Shown: piece by piece, positions 39,022 through 48,262 of the stretch
Layout: each line of letters starts with the position of its first letter
Position numbering within the stretch: position 1 is the stretch's first letter
NCBI GenBank assembly: GCA_963798845.1
Contig: CAWCUS010000001.1
Location: forward strand, 320,001 to 384,000
Length of the DNA: 64,000 nucleotides
Reading direction: 5' to 3'
Source of the DNA: an uncultured Gemmatimonadales bacterium
Lineage (GTDB): Bacteria; Gemmatimonadota; Gemmatimonadetes; Longimicrobiales; RSA9
Program-made: the position numbers and the translations under genes
Notes under the pieces: generated by a model
The model's database searches: none
Seen by the model: only the letters and a program-made list of their open reading frames with translations
What the model was told of the DNA's origin: nothing

Positions 39022-39297
39022 TCAGTCGAACATCTCGTAGGCGGCATTGAGGTCGCCACGGGAATAGACGCGGAACGCCACGAGCGTCTGCGTGCGGTCC
39101 AGGCCATCCACCCGGGCGACGTGCTCGGTCACCACTTCGGCGATCTGCTCCCATTCCGGAACGCGCACAATGGCGATGAGATCCCACTCGCCCGAGACCG
39201 AGTACACCTCCGCCACACCCTCGATTTCGGCCACCTTCCGCGCTGCGGTGGGAATCGCTTCCCGCTTCGCCCGGATCAGGACCACTGCGGCTACCAT
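39022..39297 (-). CDS. Stand-alone Lrp/AsnC ligand-binding (RAM) domain protein
   Basis: AVVLI..IEGVAEVYSVSGEWDLIAIV..V..VDGL.RTQTLVAF; no HTH. Confidence 0.88.
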   Translation of the reverse strand: MVAAVVLIRAKREAIPTAARKVAEIEGVAEVYSVSGEWDLIAIVRVPEWEQIAEVVTEHVARVDGLDRTQTLVAFRVYSRGDLNAAYEMFD

Positions 39298-39416
39298 ATG
39301 CCCCTCCCGTCGCGATATAGGTCGTGCCGGCGCGAAGTTAGCCGCGGCTTCCGGACGGCCGCAAGCCGCATCCCACCTTGCGACATGACGATCGGCCCGG
39401 GATCTTATTCGCCTTC

Positions 39417-40337
39417 ATGTCCGCACCCGCACTCACCCCCGCACCCGGCGCGCGCTCGATGCGGCAGGCCGAGATCGGCCTGCTCGTCATGGTCGCGCTG
39501 TGGGCCATCAACTTCCCGGTCATCAAGATCGGACTGGCGTACATACCGCCGTACGGCTTCAACGCGCTCCGCTTCCCGCTGGCCGCCCTGTTCCTGGCGG
39601 CCGTGCTTCTGGCGCGGGAAGGGCTGAGCGTGCCCGACCGCGGCGACGCGGCCAGGATCGTGGTGCTGGGCATCATCGGCAACTTCCTGTACCAGCTGCT
39701 GTTCATAGCCGGTCTGGCGCGCTCACGCGCAGGGAACGCGAGCGTGCTCCTGAACACGAGCCCGATCTACACGGTGATCCTGAGCTCCCTGCTGGGACAC
39801 GAGCGCATCCGGACGGCCGCATGGGCCGGGATCGCCGCCACGGTGGCGGGGATCGCACTGGTGGTGGGGAGCGGGGAGGGCGGACTGCGGTTCGGCACCG
39901 CGACCGTGGGCGGCGACCTGATGATGCTCTCGGCCGCGGCGATCTGGGCCGTCTACACCGTGGGCTCCCGGGACATGGTGCGGAAGTACGGGTCGGTTCC
40001 CGTGACGGCGTGGACGCTGTGGGCGGGCGCGGCGCTGCTGGTGGTGGCGGGGATCCCGGAGCTTCGCGGGATGGAGGGCTCGATCCCGCCGACGGCGTGG
40101 GCGAGCCTGATCTACGCCGGCTTTCTCGGGCTCGGCCTGTCGTACCTCCTCTGGTACCGGGGGGTTCACGTCCTGGGGAACACGCGCACGTCGGCGTTCG
40201 GGAACCTGGTGCCGGTGGTGACCATCCTGCTGGCGTGGCCCATGCTCGGAGAGGTCCCGAACCTCTGGCAGATCGTGGGAGCCATTGTGATCATTGCGGG
40301 CATCAGCGTGGTGCGACGGGTGACGGAAGCTGCGTGA
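39417..40337 (+). CDS. DMT/EamA family transporter
   Basis: LWAINFPVIK, ALRFPLA, LLGHERI, GDLMML.AA.IWAVYTV, NLVPVVTILLAW..LGE; ~10 TMs. Confidence 0.92.
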   Translation: MSAPALTPAPGARSMRQAEIGLLVMVALWAINFPVIKIGLAYIPPYGFNALRFPLAALFLAAVLLAREGLSVPDRGDAARIVVLGIIGNFLYQLLFIAGLARSRAGNASVLLNTSPIYTVILSSLLGHERIRTAAWAGIAATVAGIALVVGSGEGGLRFGTATVGGDLMMLSAAAIWAVYTVGSRDMVRKYGSVPVTAWTLWAGAALLVVAGIPELRGMEGSIPPTAWASLIYAGFLGLGLSYLLWYRGVHVLGNTRTSAFGNLVPVVTILLAWPMLGEVPNLWQIVGAIVIIAGISVVRRVTEAA

Positions 40338-41627
40338 TGGGCCCCGCTACTCCGGGCCCATGGTACGTGGAGCGCGCCCGCAGCGCGCTGAGGGAGTTCG
40401 GGCTCACAGCCGGAACGCTGGGCACGACATTGGCGCAGACGGCCATGGTGGCGCTGCTCCCGATCCTGCTGGCGCGCTACACGAACTCGGCGGTCCTCAT
40501 CGGGTTCGCCATCGGCGGTGAGGGGATCGTGGCGATGCTCGTTCCCTACTGGGTCGGCGCGGCGAGCGACCACCTGTCGCCGCGGCTGGCGCAGCGCTTT
40601 GGCCGACGGACCTTCTTCCTCGTGGTCACCGCCCCGCTGATCGCCGCATCCGTGGTGGTGGCGCCTCTCCTGCACGGCTACTGGCCGATCGCCGGCGCCG
40701 CCTTCGTCTTCTTCTTCGCCCTGCACGGCTACCTCGCCCCCCTCTGGGCGCTGCTGGCCGACGAGGTCCCGCAGGAGCGGCGGGGCCGCGTGCAGGGCGT
40801 GCGCGGGGTGCTGCACGCCGTCGGGCTCGGCTTCGGACTGGTGGCCGGCGGGCTGCTCTTCGCCATTCTGGGAGCCGCTCCCGTTCGTGGTCGCGGCGGC
40901 GCTGGTGCTGGCCACCACGGCCATCACCTTCTATGCCGCACCGCGCTCGGCGACGGCCGCCCCAGCGGGGGACCCGTCGGATGTGCTGAAGGTCTGGCGT
41001 CGCCTCAGGGGTAGGCCGGCCGTGACCTGGATGCTGGTGGCGAACGCGCTCTGGACGAGCGGCGTGGACGGGATCCGCCCCTACATCTTCCTGTTCGCGA
41101 CCGTTGTGCTGGGAATCACGGTCGCGCAGACGTCGCTTCTGCTCATCGTGGTGGTGGCGGGCGTAGGGCTCGGCGCACTCGCGCTGGGCTACCTGGGGGA
41201 CAAGCTGGGGCATGCGAAGCTGCTGGCGGTCGGCGCCGCCATCACGGGGATCGCCATGGTCCTCGGCTTCTTCGTCCGCAGCTGGGTCCCGGCCGTGGGG
41301 CTGATGCTGTTCGCCGGCCTGGGCGCGGCGACCCAGGTCTCGCTGTCCTATCCGCTCTTCACCTCGCTCATCCCCGATCGCGCGGTCGGCCGCGACACAG
41401 GGCTCTACATCGTGACCATCGGCGTGGGTCGTATCGTGGCGCCCGTGCTGATCGGCGCGGCCATCGACCTGGGACGCTCCACGCTCCCCGAGACGAGGGG
41501 CTATCCGTTCATGTGGCCCATCGCCGGCACGCTGACGCTGCTGGGCCTGGTGGCCCTCGCCCGGTCGATGCACCACTCGCGCCGCGCCGCTCGCCAGCGC
41601 GAGCACCCAGGAGGAACTGCCCGATGA
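40337..41627 (+). pseudogene. MFS transporter, split by a +1 frameshift at 40866-40867
   Basis: N-half motif GAASDHL..RFGRR and ADEVPQERRGRVQG; C-half GYLGDKLGH. Removing one T (GCC ATT C TGG -> GCC ATC TGG GAG CCG) restores a continuous ~429-aa, 12-TM-type protein. Confidence 0.8.
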
Positions 41628-42739
41628 GTCGAGGCACGAACGAAGACGAGCCGACTCGCCCTCCGCCTCCTCTGAGGGCCGCGGAGCGTCTGGACCCGGA
41701 GATCTTTCATCTGCCGGTGGAGCGGATGCGGAGCGGGTACTACTCGGACAAGTACTTCGTCCGCGCCCGGGAGGTGCTCCTCGCCGACGACTACGACCCC
41801 GTGGTCACGATGCAGGTGTTTCAGAAGAGGCCGGCGTGGCTGGGCGGGATGGACGAGGCGATCGCGATCCTGAAGCTGTGCCTGACCCGCGGGTACGAAT
41901 GGGCGGACCTCCTGGTGCGGGCGCTGCACGATGGGGACCGGATCGAGCCGTGGGAGACGGTGCTCGAGATCACCGGACCTTACGCCGCGTTCTCGCACCT
42001 GGAGACGCTCTTCGTCGGGGTGCTGGCCCGGCGCACGAGCGTGGCCACCAACACCCGCAAGGTGGTGGAGGCGGCGTGGCCGAAGACCGTCATGTTCTTC
42101 CCGGCGCGTCACGACCACTGGCTGGTGCAGACCGGCGATGGCTACGCGGCCCACATAGCGGGGGCGATCGGCGTGTCCACGGACGCGCAGGCGTCGTGGT
42201 GGGGCTCGGAAGGGCTGGGTACGGTTCCGCACGCCCTGATCGCGGCCTACGCCGGCGACACGGTGCGCGCCACCGAAGCGTTCGCCCGCCACATGCCCGA
42301 GGACGTGCGCGTGATCTCGCTGGTGGACTTCGAGAACGATTCCGTCCGCACCTCCCTGGCGGTGGCCCGTGCACTGGGCAACCGACTCCACGGGGTGCGG
42401 CTGGACACGGCCGAGAGCATGGTGGATGAGTCAGTCCGGGGCGAGATGGGGGACTTCGACCCTCGTGGTGTGAACCCGCAGCTGGTCCGGAACGTCCGGG
42501 AGGCGCTGGACCGGGAGGGTTTCCAGCACGTGGAGATCGTGGCGTCCGGGGGATTCACCGCCGAGAAGATCCGCCACTTCGAGCGCCTGGGCGTCCCCGT
42601 GCAGAGCTACGGCGTGGGCTCGTCGCTTTTCAAGGAGCGCTTCGACTTCACGGCCGACGTGGTGCGGCTGGGGGGCGAGCCCATGGCGAAGGTGGGGCGG
42701 CGCTACCGTCCGAACCCGCGGCTGGAACGCGTCGCCTGA
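41624..42739 (+). CDS. Nicotinate phosphoribosyltransferase-like (type II PRTase)
   Basis: YYSDKYF, LETLFVG.LAR, FFPARHDH..Q..DGYAA, GTVPHALI, LVDFEND, GVRLDT, IVASGGF, YGVGS, DFTADVV. Confidence 0.85.
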   Translation: MSRGTNEDEPTRPPPPLRAAERLDPEIFHLPVERMRSGYYSDKYFVRAREVLLADDYDPVVTMQVFQKRPAWLGGMDEAIAILKLCLTRGYEWADLLVRALHDGDRIEPWETVLEITGPYAAFSHLETLFVGVLARRTSVATNTRKVVEAAWPKTVMFFPARHDHWLVQTGDGYAAHIAGAIGVSTDAQASWWGSEGLGTVPHALIAAYAGDTVRATEAFARHMPEDVRVISLVDFENDSVRTSLAVARALGNRLHGVRLDTAESMVDESVRGEMGDFDPRGVNPQLVRNVREALDREGFQHVEIVASGGFTAEKIRHFERLGVPVQSYGVGSSLFKERFDFTADVVRLGGEPMAKVGRRYRPNPRLERVA

Positions 42740-42837
42740 GAAGGCGGATCGATCCGCGACGGGATTCCCCGCGTGTCGCCGCGCACCCGCCAGCCGCACC
42801 CGACCCGGTTTCCTTCCCTGGCGCAGTGGCGCGTCCG

Positions 42838-43914
42838 CTACCAGCGAGCGCGCCGACCCCGCACGTCGATGTGGATGAATGGGCCGTGGGCGCCGTTGTC
42901 GTGGTACACGCCGGCCCCCCCAACGAGTTCCGGGTGGCGCGCTTCGACGCGCTCGACGGCCCGGAGGATCACGCGGGCATCGGCGATGTCGCGCCGGCCG
43001 TCCCCGTTCAGGTCATCCATGTACCAATCGCCGTCGTTGTCGACCCAGACATCGGCGGCGTCGCCGTACTGGTGGCGGCTGAGCACCGCGCGTCCGTTCG
43101 ACAGTCCCTTGCGATTGTACTGCGGAGTCCGGAACCCGCTCATGACCACCATGTGGCTCGCGGGGACGCCGCTTTCGTCCAGCCGTTCGAGGACGAGCTC
43201 GAGCTTCTCCAGGAGCCGCTCCTCCAGCGCGACGTACTTCGGCCACTCGCCGCCCTGGTCGTGCGTCAGGAACTCGCCGAGGGTGAAGTGGTCGCTGAGC
43301 CGGAGGCCCTCGTTCCCCGGAGTCACCCGGATGAAGCCGGACGGCGGCGCGTAGCGGTCCGTGCGCCCTTTCCCTTCCGTCGGCCATACGCCCATGAAGT
43401 AGCGGCCGACGTACCCCCCGTGCTTTTCCCCGAAAGGAACCCGGACCAGCAAGCGGAATTCACCGGAGAAGGCGCGGCGGGCGGCGCCATCGGTGAGCTC
43501 GAGCTCGTACACTCCGGGCTCGGAGGGGACCACCGCCCGGTCCTCCCCGTCCAGCGCTCCGCCGGTCCCGCTCCCATCGGTGTCGAACGCCGGGCGCCAC
43601 TGATAGCGGACGCCCACGGGGCGAGGCCCGTCCCAGTCCAGCGGCAGGGCCACGAGGGAGCCGGCCTCCACGATGCGGACCTGCAGCCGCCCGCTCGTGC
43701 CGTGCGCAGCGGCGTCCAGCCGCACCGCCAGCGCCCCGGAGCCGGCCGGTCTGGGGCCGTGTCGGCCGGTCGCAGACCGGGCGGGTCCGTCGGCGCGAGC
43801 GGTAGTGGAAGGACCGTCGTTCGCCATGGACGGCGTCCATGCCGTGGCGGCGCCGGCCGCCGTCAGGGCGAGCGCGGCTGCGAGCGGACGAAGGGCGCGC
43901 GCGGTTGCGGGCAT
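42838..43914 (-). CDS. Peptidase M15 (D-Ala-D-Ala metallopeptidase / DUF882-like), secreted
   Basis: LSDHFTLGEF, MSGFRTPQYN, SRHQYGDAAD, GGAGVY, FIHIDVRG. Confidence 0.85.
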   Translation of the reverse strand: MPATARALRPLAAALALTAAGAATAWTPSMANDGPSTTARADGPARSATGRHGPRPAGSGALAVRLDAAAHGTSGRLQVRIVEAGSLVALPLDWDGPRPVGVRYQWRPAFDTDGSGTGGALDGEDRAVVPSEPGVYELELTDGAARRAFSGEFRLLVRVPFGEKHGGYVGRYFMGVWPTEGKGRTDRYAPPSGFIRVTPGNEGLRLSDHFTLGEFLTHDQGGEWPKYVALEERLLEKLELVLERLDESGVPASHMVVMSGFRTPQYNRKGLSNGRAVLSRHQYGDAADVWVDNDGDWYMDDLNGDGRRDIADARVILRAVERVEARHPELVGGAGVYHDNGAHGPFIHIDVRGRRARW

Positions 43915-43959
43915 CGCATCTCCTTTCTGCGGTCGAGCGGTGCCGAGGCCAACCCGGCC

Positions 43960-45078
43960 TCAGCTGCTGGAGGTGATCTCGAGCAGGTCGAGCACCGGCG
44001 CCGCCGTGAGTGCGGAGCTGGCGGTGCGGACCCGCGCGAGGATCCGGAGCCGCTGGAGCGGCTCCAACTTCTTCACTTCTTCCAGGCGGTCGGGTGGGAC
44101 CGCCACGTAGACGAAGCCGGCGTCGTCGCCCGGAATGCGGGCGAGGATGAACGGCTCGCCTTCCACGAAATCGCGCCGGAAGGCCTCCGCCGTCTGCAGC
44201 GCGATGAACTGCACTGTCCATTGTACCAGCGAGCCACGATATCGGTCCGGGTCGGCCTGAAGGGTGGCCACGTCAATGGTGAGCGCGGGGCCGGCGCCGG
44301 CGGTGTCGCCGGGCGCGAGGGCCGACTCGAGCACCCAGCCCTCGACGCGCACGCGGGCCCACCTTCCCTGCCGGGCGGTCACTTCCACCGTGCCCCGCGG
44401 CCGGACGGTGGCCAGCGTGTCGCCGGACGGGTTTTGGAGCACGGCCACCGACCGGCTGCCGGTCCGAACGAAGCCGACGACCCTGCTGGCCGCTCCGGCG
44501 GCGCCATCCTGGTTCTCGTCGTCCGGCTGCCCCGGCGCGGGGGAGGTCGCCCGGGGGCGGGGGCCGGCGGTAGCTGCGGCCGCCGCACCGGTGTCCACCG
44601 TGCGTTCGGGCGGGCGGGACGGAGCCTTGGCCGACGGCGCGCTGGCCGCAGCAATGCGCAGCGACGGCTCCCAGATCCAGCCGGCTCGCCGGACGCGGAT
44701 CCAGCGCCCGTCCTCCTCCACCCGATCGAGGCGCATCCCTTCGTGGAGGCGCGCGACGATCCGTCCGTTGCGCGTGGCCCGCAGGTTCTCGCCGCCGTCC
44801 GCCGAAACGACCAGGTCGTGGCCGGCGGCGGGCTCGCGGCGTACCGATGCGGCCCAGATCCAACCCTCCAGGGTGCCGGCGCGCCAGCGCGACTGGCGTT
44901 CGCCCACCGAGAGCTCCGCGCCCTTGCGAAGGGTGGCGAGAACGGCGGCCGATGGGGCCGCGCGGAAGTTCTCGCTGTCGGGGAGCACGGCGGCCGTCTG
45001 GCCGGCCGTGCCTGCGGCCGTCCCCAGGAGGACTGAGGCAGCGAGCACTGCCGGGGCGAACGGTCCGCAGGTCACCAC
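43960..45078 (-). CDS. Secreted hypothetical protein with three SH3b-like repeats and an OB-like C-terminus
   Basis: Repeats ENFRAAPS..LATL..W..GWIW / ENLRATRNG.IVARL..WIRV..GWIW / LQNPSGDTLATV..WARVRVEGWV. Start uncertain (45075-45087). Confidence 0.75.
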   Translation of the reverse strand: MVTCGPFAPAVLAASVLLGTAAGTAGQTAAVLPDSENFRAAPSAAVLATLRKGAELSVGERQSRWRAGTLEGWIWAASVRREPAAGHDLVVSADGGENLRATRNGRIVARLHEGMRLDRVEEDGRWIRVRRAGWIWEPSLRIAAASAPSAKAPSRPPERTVDTGAAAAATAGPRPRATSPAPGQPDDENQDGAAGAASRVVGFVRTGSRSVAVLQNPSGDTLATVRPRGTVEVTARQGRWARVRVEGWVLESALAPGDTAGAGPALTIDVATLQADPDRYRGSLVQWTVQFIALQTAEAFRRDFVEGEPFILARIPGDDAGFVYVAVPPDRLEEVKKLEPLQRLRILARVRTASSALTAAPVLDLLEITSSS

Positions 45079-45225
45079 GTCGGCCAAGCCTCTGTGATCC
45101 AGGTATTTAGAGGGTGAAAGTGGAAGGGTATGACGCCCGGACCGGACCGTCAACGCGTGAGCGGCCCTTCGCTTGCGTCCCCCCGGGGCCGATCCTAGCT
45201 TCCGCGCACCGTTGCACGCGGCCGG

Positions 45226-45987
45226 ATGAGCCGCTTTCCCGGAGCCGAGCCGATTTCCGTGAGCATGCGCTGGACCCTTGCCGCCGCCACAGCAGTGGCG
45301 AGTCTCGCTTCCGCCGCCGCACCGACGGCGGCACAGACCATCCCGTCTCCGTACGACTTCGTCGAGTCATCACAGAGCGTCCAGCTCTACGGGACGTACA
45401 TCTCCGCCGACCAGGGCACGATCGGAACCGGCCCTGCCTCGGGCCCGGCGGCGGCGTTGGGGTACACGTTGCGGATCAGCGGGCCGTTCGAGCTGGATAC
45501 CCGGCTCACCTACTTCCCCACGACGCGCCCGGTCTACGACCTTGCGGAGCCCGCGCCGGACACGGCCACGCTGCGCGCCGACCCGACGGCCGGTCTGGAA
45601 AGTCTGGGCACGGCCGACCTGACGCTCCTCATGCTGGACGCGTCGCTGCGCTTCGATCTCACGGGCCCCCGCACATGGCACCGGCTCCAGCCGTTCGCGC
45701 TCATCGGCGTGGGCGGCGTGGTGAAGGCGAGCAGCAACAACGCGGTGGAGGAGAACCTGCCCACCGACGTGGACCTGCGCGTGCGGTTCCACGACGGCTT
45801 CACCGGCCACGTCGGCGCCGGCGTCGAGTGGCACGCGAGCGACCACCTCAGCTTGCGCTTCGACGCCCGCGACCTCCTGTGGAAGCTCCACATCCCGCAG
45901 GGCTTCATCAACCAGGGGCGCCTCATCAGCTCGGAGGAGTGGGTGCAGACCGGTCAGCTGAACCTGGGACTGGCGCTCCGCTTCTGA
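45226..45987 (+). CDS. Outer-membrane beta-barrel protein (8-strand type)
   Basis: Signal peptide ending AAAQ, alternating beta pattern, QPFALIGVGG, GAGVEW, LSLRFDARD, C-terminal LNLGLALRF. Start may be 45265. Confidence 0.8.
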   Translation: MSRFPGAEPISVSMRWTLAAATAVASLASAAAPTAAQTIPSPYDFVESSQSVQLYGTYISADQGTIGTGPASGPAAALGYTLRISGPFELDTRLTYFPTTRPVYDLAEPAPDTATLRADPTAGLESLGTADLTLLMLDASLRFDLTGPRTWHRLQPFALIGVGGVVKASSNNAVEENLPTDVDLRVRFHDGFTGHVGAGVEWHASDHLSLRFDARDLLWKLHIPQGFINQGRLISSEEWVQTGQLNLGLALRF

Positions 45988-46106
45988 CGGGAACACCCGG
46001 GGGCGCGACGAGCCGGCGCCGGCCCAGTCCTCCTTCCCCGTCCCCCGGCCTCCACGGGGCCGCCGAATGGCCGGACCTGCACAGCCGGACGCCGCACGCC
46101 TCGCCC

Positions 46107-46122
46107 CGGCACCGCCGTTGCG
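46107..46122 (+). promoter_or_regulatory. sigma54-like promoter CGGCAC-CGCCG-TTGCG
   Basis: Near-consensus GGCAC-N5-TTGC, 39 nt upstream of the BON ATG. Confidence 0.6.
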
Positions 46123-46159
46123 TCATTCCCCGTTCGAACCACCGAACGGAGGCAATGCC

Positions 46160-46645
46160 ATGACGCGGGACTACGAAGGCGCGATCAACCTGGACCAGAT
46201 GACGGACGAGGACGTGTGCGACCTGGTTCGGCAGCGGCTGGGCGAGGACGAGGAGTTCGACGCCGACAACGTCGAGGTGTCCATGTCCGGAGGCCGCGTG
46301 GTGGTGGACGGGCGGGTTGGAACGGAGGGGGAGCGGCAGTACGTGGACCAGACGCTGAGCGCCCTCGGAGCCACCGACTTCGACAACAACGTGGTGGTGG
46401 ACGAGACGCGCCGGGCCGAGCGGTCCGAAGCGGCGGACATCGCCCGCATGGAGGACGACGCGAACCAGGCTCCGCTCGGCGAGTCCGCAAAACGGACCAC
46501 GGACAGCGCGGACCACCGCCTCGACCAGGACAGCGACGAGCTGTACGGGACGCAGGACTTGAAGAAGGCCATCGAGGAAGGCGACACCTACGTCCCGCCC
46601 ACCGGTCCGGTACAGGAGGGGATCCGCGGCGACGAGAACCACTAG
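46160..46645 (+). CDS. BON domain protein
   Basis: GGAGG SD; TDEDV..LV.QRL.ED..FDA..VEVSM.GG.VVVDG.V..ER..V..G...FDNNVVV. Confidence 0.8.
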   Translation: MTRDYEGAINLDQMTDEDVCDLVRQRLGEDEEFDADNVEVSMSGGRVVVDGRVGTEGERQYVDQTLSALGATDFDNNVVVDETRRAERSEAADIARMEDDANQAPLGESAKRTTDSADHRLDQDSDELYGTQDLKKAIEEGDTYVPPTGPVQEGIRGDENH

Positions 46646-46724
46646 TCGACCGCGTGCTCCCGCCGGTGTCCCCGGGATGCCGCCACCTTGCGCGCTCCCG
46701 GGGCGGCCGTGACAATTCGCGGGA

Positions 46725-47534
46725 GTGATGAACCGCGCCCTCGTTCTCGCCCTCGTCCTCGTCTCCGCATGCGCCGGCCCCGCCGCCCGGCGGGATCGCG
46801 TCCTGCTGATCACCACGACCACCATCCAGGGGTCGGGGCTGCTGGACCGGCTGGTGGAGGCGTACAACGCGTCCCAGGACCGCTATCGCGTATCCGCGAC
46901 GGCGGTGGGGAGCGGGGCGGCGCTCGCCATGGCGAGGCGGGGGGACGCCGATCTCCTGATCACGCATTATCCGGAGGGCGAGGCCGCGTTCATGGCTGAC
47001 GGCCTGGGACAGGAGCAGGGCGCTTTCATGCGCAACGAGTTCATCCTGGCCGGACCCACGTCCGACCCGGCGGGGATCCGCGGTGACGCGGACCTCGGCC
47101 AGGCTCTGGACCGGATCGCCCGGACGGAATCCCGCTTCGTGTCGCGTGCGGACGATTCCGGGACGCACCACCAGGAGATGAAGCTCTGGTCCGGCATCGG
47201 GCGCTCGCCCTGGACGTCGCCGCCGAAGTGGTACGTCCAGTCGGGGTCCGGGATGGCCGAGACGCTGCGGGTGGCGGACGAGCTGGGCGCGTACGTGCTC
47301 ACCGACGTGGCCACGTTTCGGCACCTGCGGCGGACGCTCGGGCTCGAATCCCTGGCGATCGGCGACCCGCCCGTGGGCAATCCGTACCAGTACACGCTCC
47401 CGAAGCGGCCGATGAACCCCGAGGGTGCCCGCGACCTGCTGCGCTGGCTGCTCGGCCCGGGCCAGGACGTGGTCGCCAGCTACGGCACCGAGGAGAACGG
47501 CGAGCCGCTCTTCCACCCCGCCCGCCCCCGCTGA
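46725..47534 (+). CDS. tupA: Tungstate ABC transporter substrate-binding lipoprotein
   Basis: Lipobox VSAC, TTTTIQGSGLL, AVGSGAAL..A.RGDAD, N.FILAGP..DPAGI, FVSRADDSGTH, GSGMAETL, YVLTD.ATF, NPY. Confidence 0.88.
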   Translation: MMNRALVLALVLVSACAGPAARRDRVLLITTTTIQGSGLLDRLVEAYNASQDRYRVSATAVGSGAALAMARRGDADLLITHYPEGEAAFMADGLGQEQGAFMRNEFILAGPTSDPAGIRGDADLGQALDRIARTESRFVSRADDSGTHHQEMKLWSGIGRSPWTSPPKWYVQSGSGMAETLRVADELGAYVLTDVATFRHLRRTLGLESLAIGDPPVGNPYQYTLPKRPMNPEGARDLLRWLLGPGQDVVASYGTEENGEPLFHPARPR

Positions 47535-47536
47535 CC

Positions 47537-48262
47537 GTGGACCTGATCCGCGACGCGCTCGTGGAAGCGGTCCGGATGCTGTTCTCCCTGGACGGCTACG
47601 TGGTCCGGATCGTCTGGCGCTCGATCCAGGTCTCCGGCAGCGCCATGGTCGTGGCCGTGGCCGCCGGCATCCCGGTGGGGGTTCTCCTCGGAGTCTCGCG
47701 GTTCCGCGGCCGCTCTCTCCTCGTCTCCGTGGTCTACACCGGGTTCGCGCTCCCGCCCGTGGTGATCGGGCTGTTCGTCTACCTGCTCCTTTCGCGGCAG
47801 GGCCCGCTGGGCGGGGCGGAGCTGCTGTTCCGGCCCTCCGCCATGATCGCCGCGCAGGCGCTCCTCGCCGCCCCCTACGTGGCGGGTGTGACGCTCGCGG
47901 CGGTGCAGGCCGTCCCGCCCGACATCCGTCTCCAGGCCCGCGCGCTGGGGGCCTCGCGTGCGCGAGCCCTCTGGATGCAGGTGCGAGAGGCAAGGCTGGG
48001 CGTGCTGGCCGCCGTGATCGCCGGCTTCGGCGCCGTGATCTCGGAAGTGGGCGCCGCCATGATGGTGGGCGGGAACATCGCCGGCGAAACGCGCGTCCTG
48101 ACCACGGCCATAGTGCTCGAGACGGAGCGCGGGCACTTCGCCACGGCCATGGCGCTGGGCATCATCCTGCTGGCCATCGTTCTGGTCGTGAACGTGCTCC
48201 TGACGCGCGTGCAGCAGGGCCGCGGGTGGCGGGAAGCGGCGTCGGAGCGGCCGTGGGCATGA
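47537..48262 (+). CDS. tupB: Tungstate ABC transporter permease
   Basis: LPPVVIGLFVYLLLSRQGPLG..LLF, GFGAVISEVGAAMMVGGNI.GETRVLTTAI.LET..G; GTG start. Confidence 0.9.
   Translation: MDLIRDALVEAVRMLFSLDGYVVRIVWRSIQVSGSAMVVAVAAGIPVGVLLGVSRFRGRSLLVSVVYTGFALPPVVIGLFVYLLLSRQGPLGGAELLFRPSAMIAAQALLAAPYVAGVTLAAVQAVPPDIRLQARALGASRARALWMQVREARLGVLAAVIAGFGAVISEVGAAMMVGGNIAGETRVLTTAIVLETERGHFATAMALGIILLAIVLVVNVLLTRVQQGRGWREAASERPWA

Noticed and set aside
40860..40875. Programmed frameshift or true pseudogenisation of the MFS gene
   Set aside because: It is a single T duplication with both halves otherwise intact and no slippery site, so a sequencing error is more likely.
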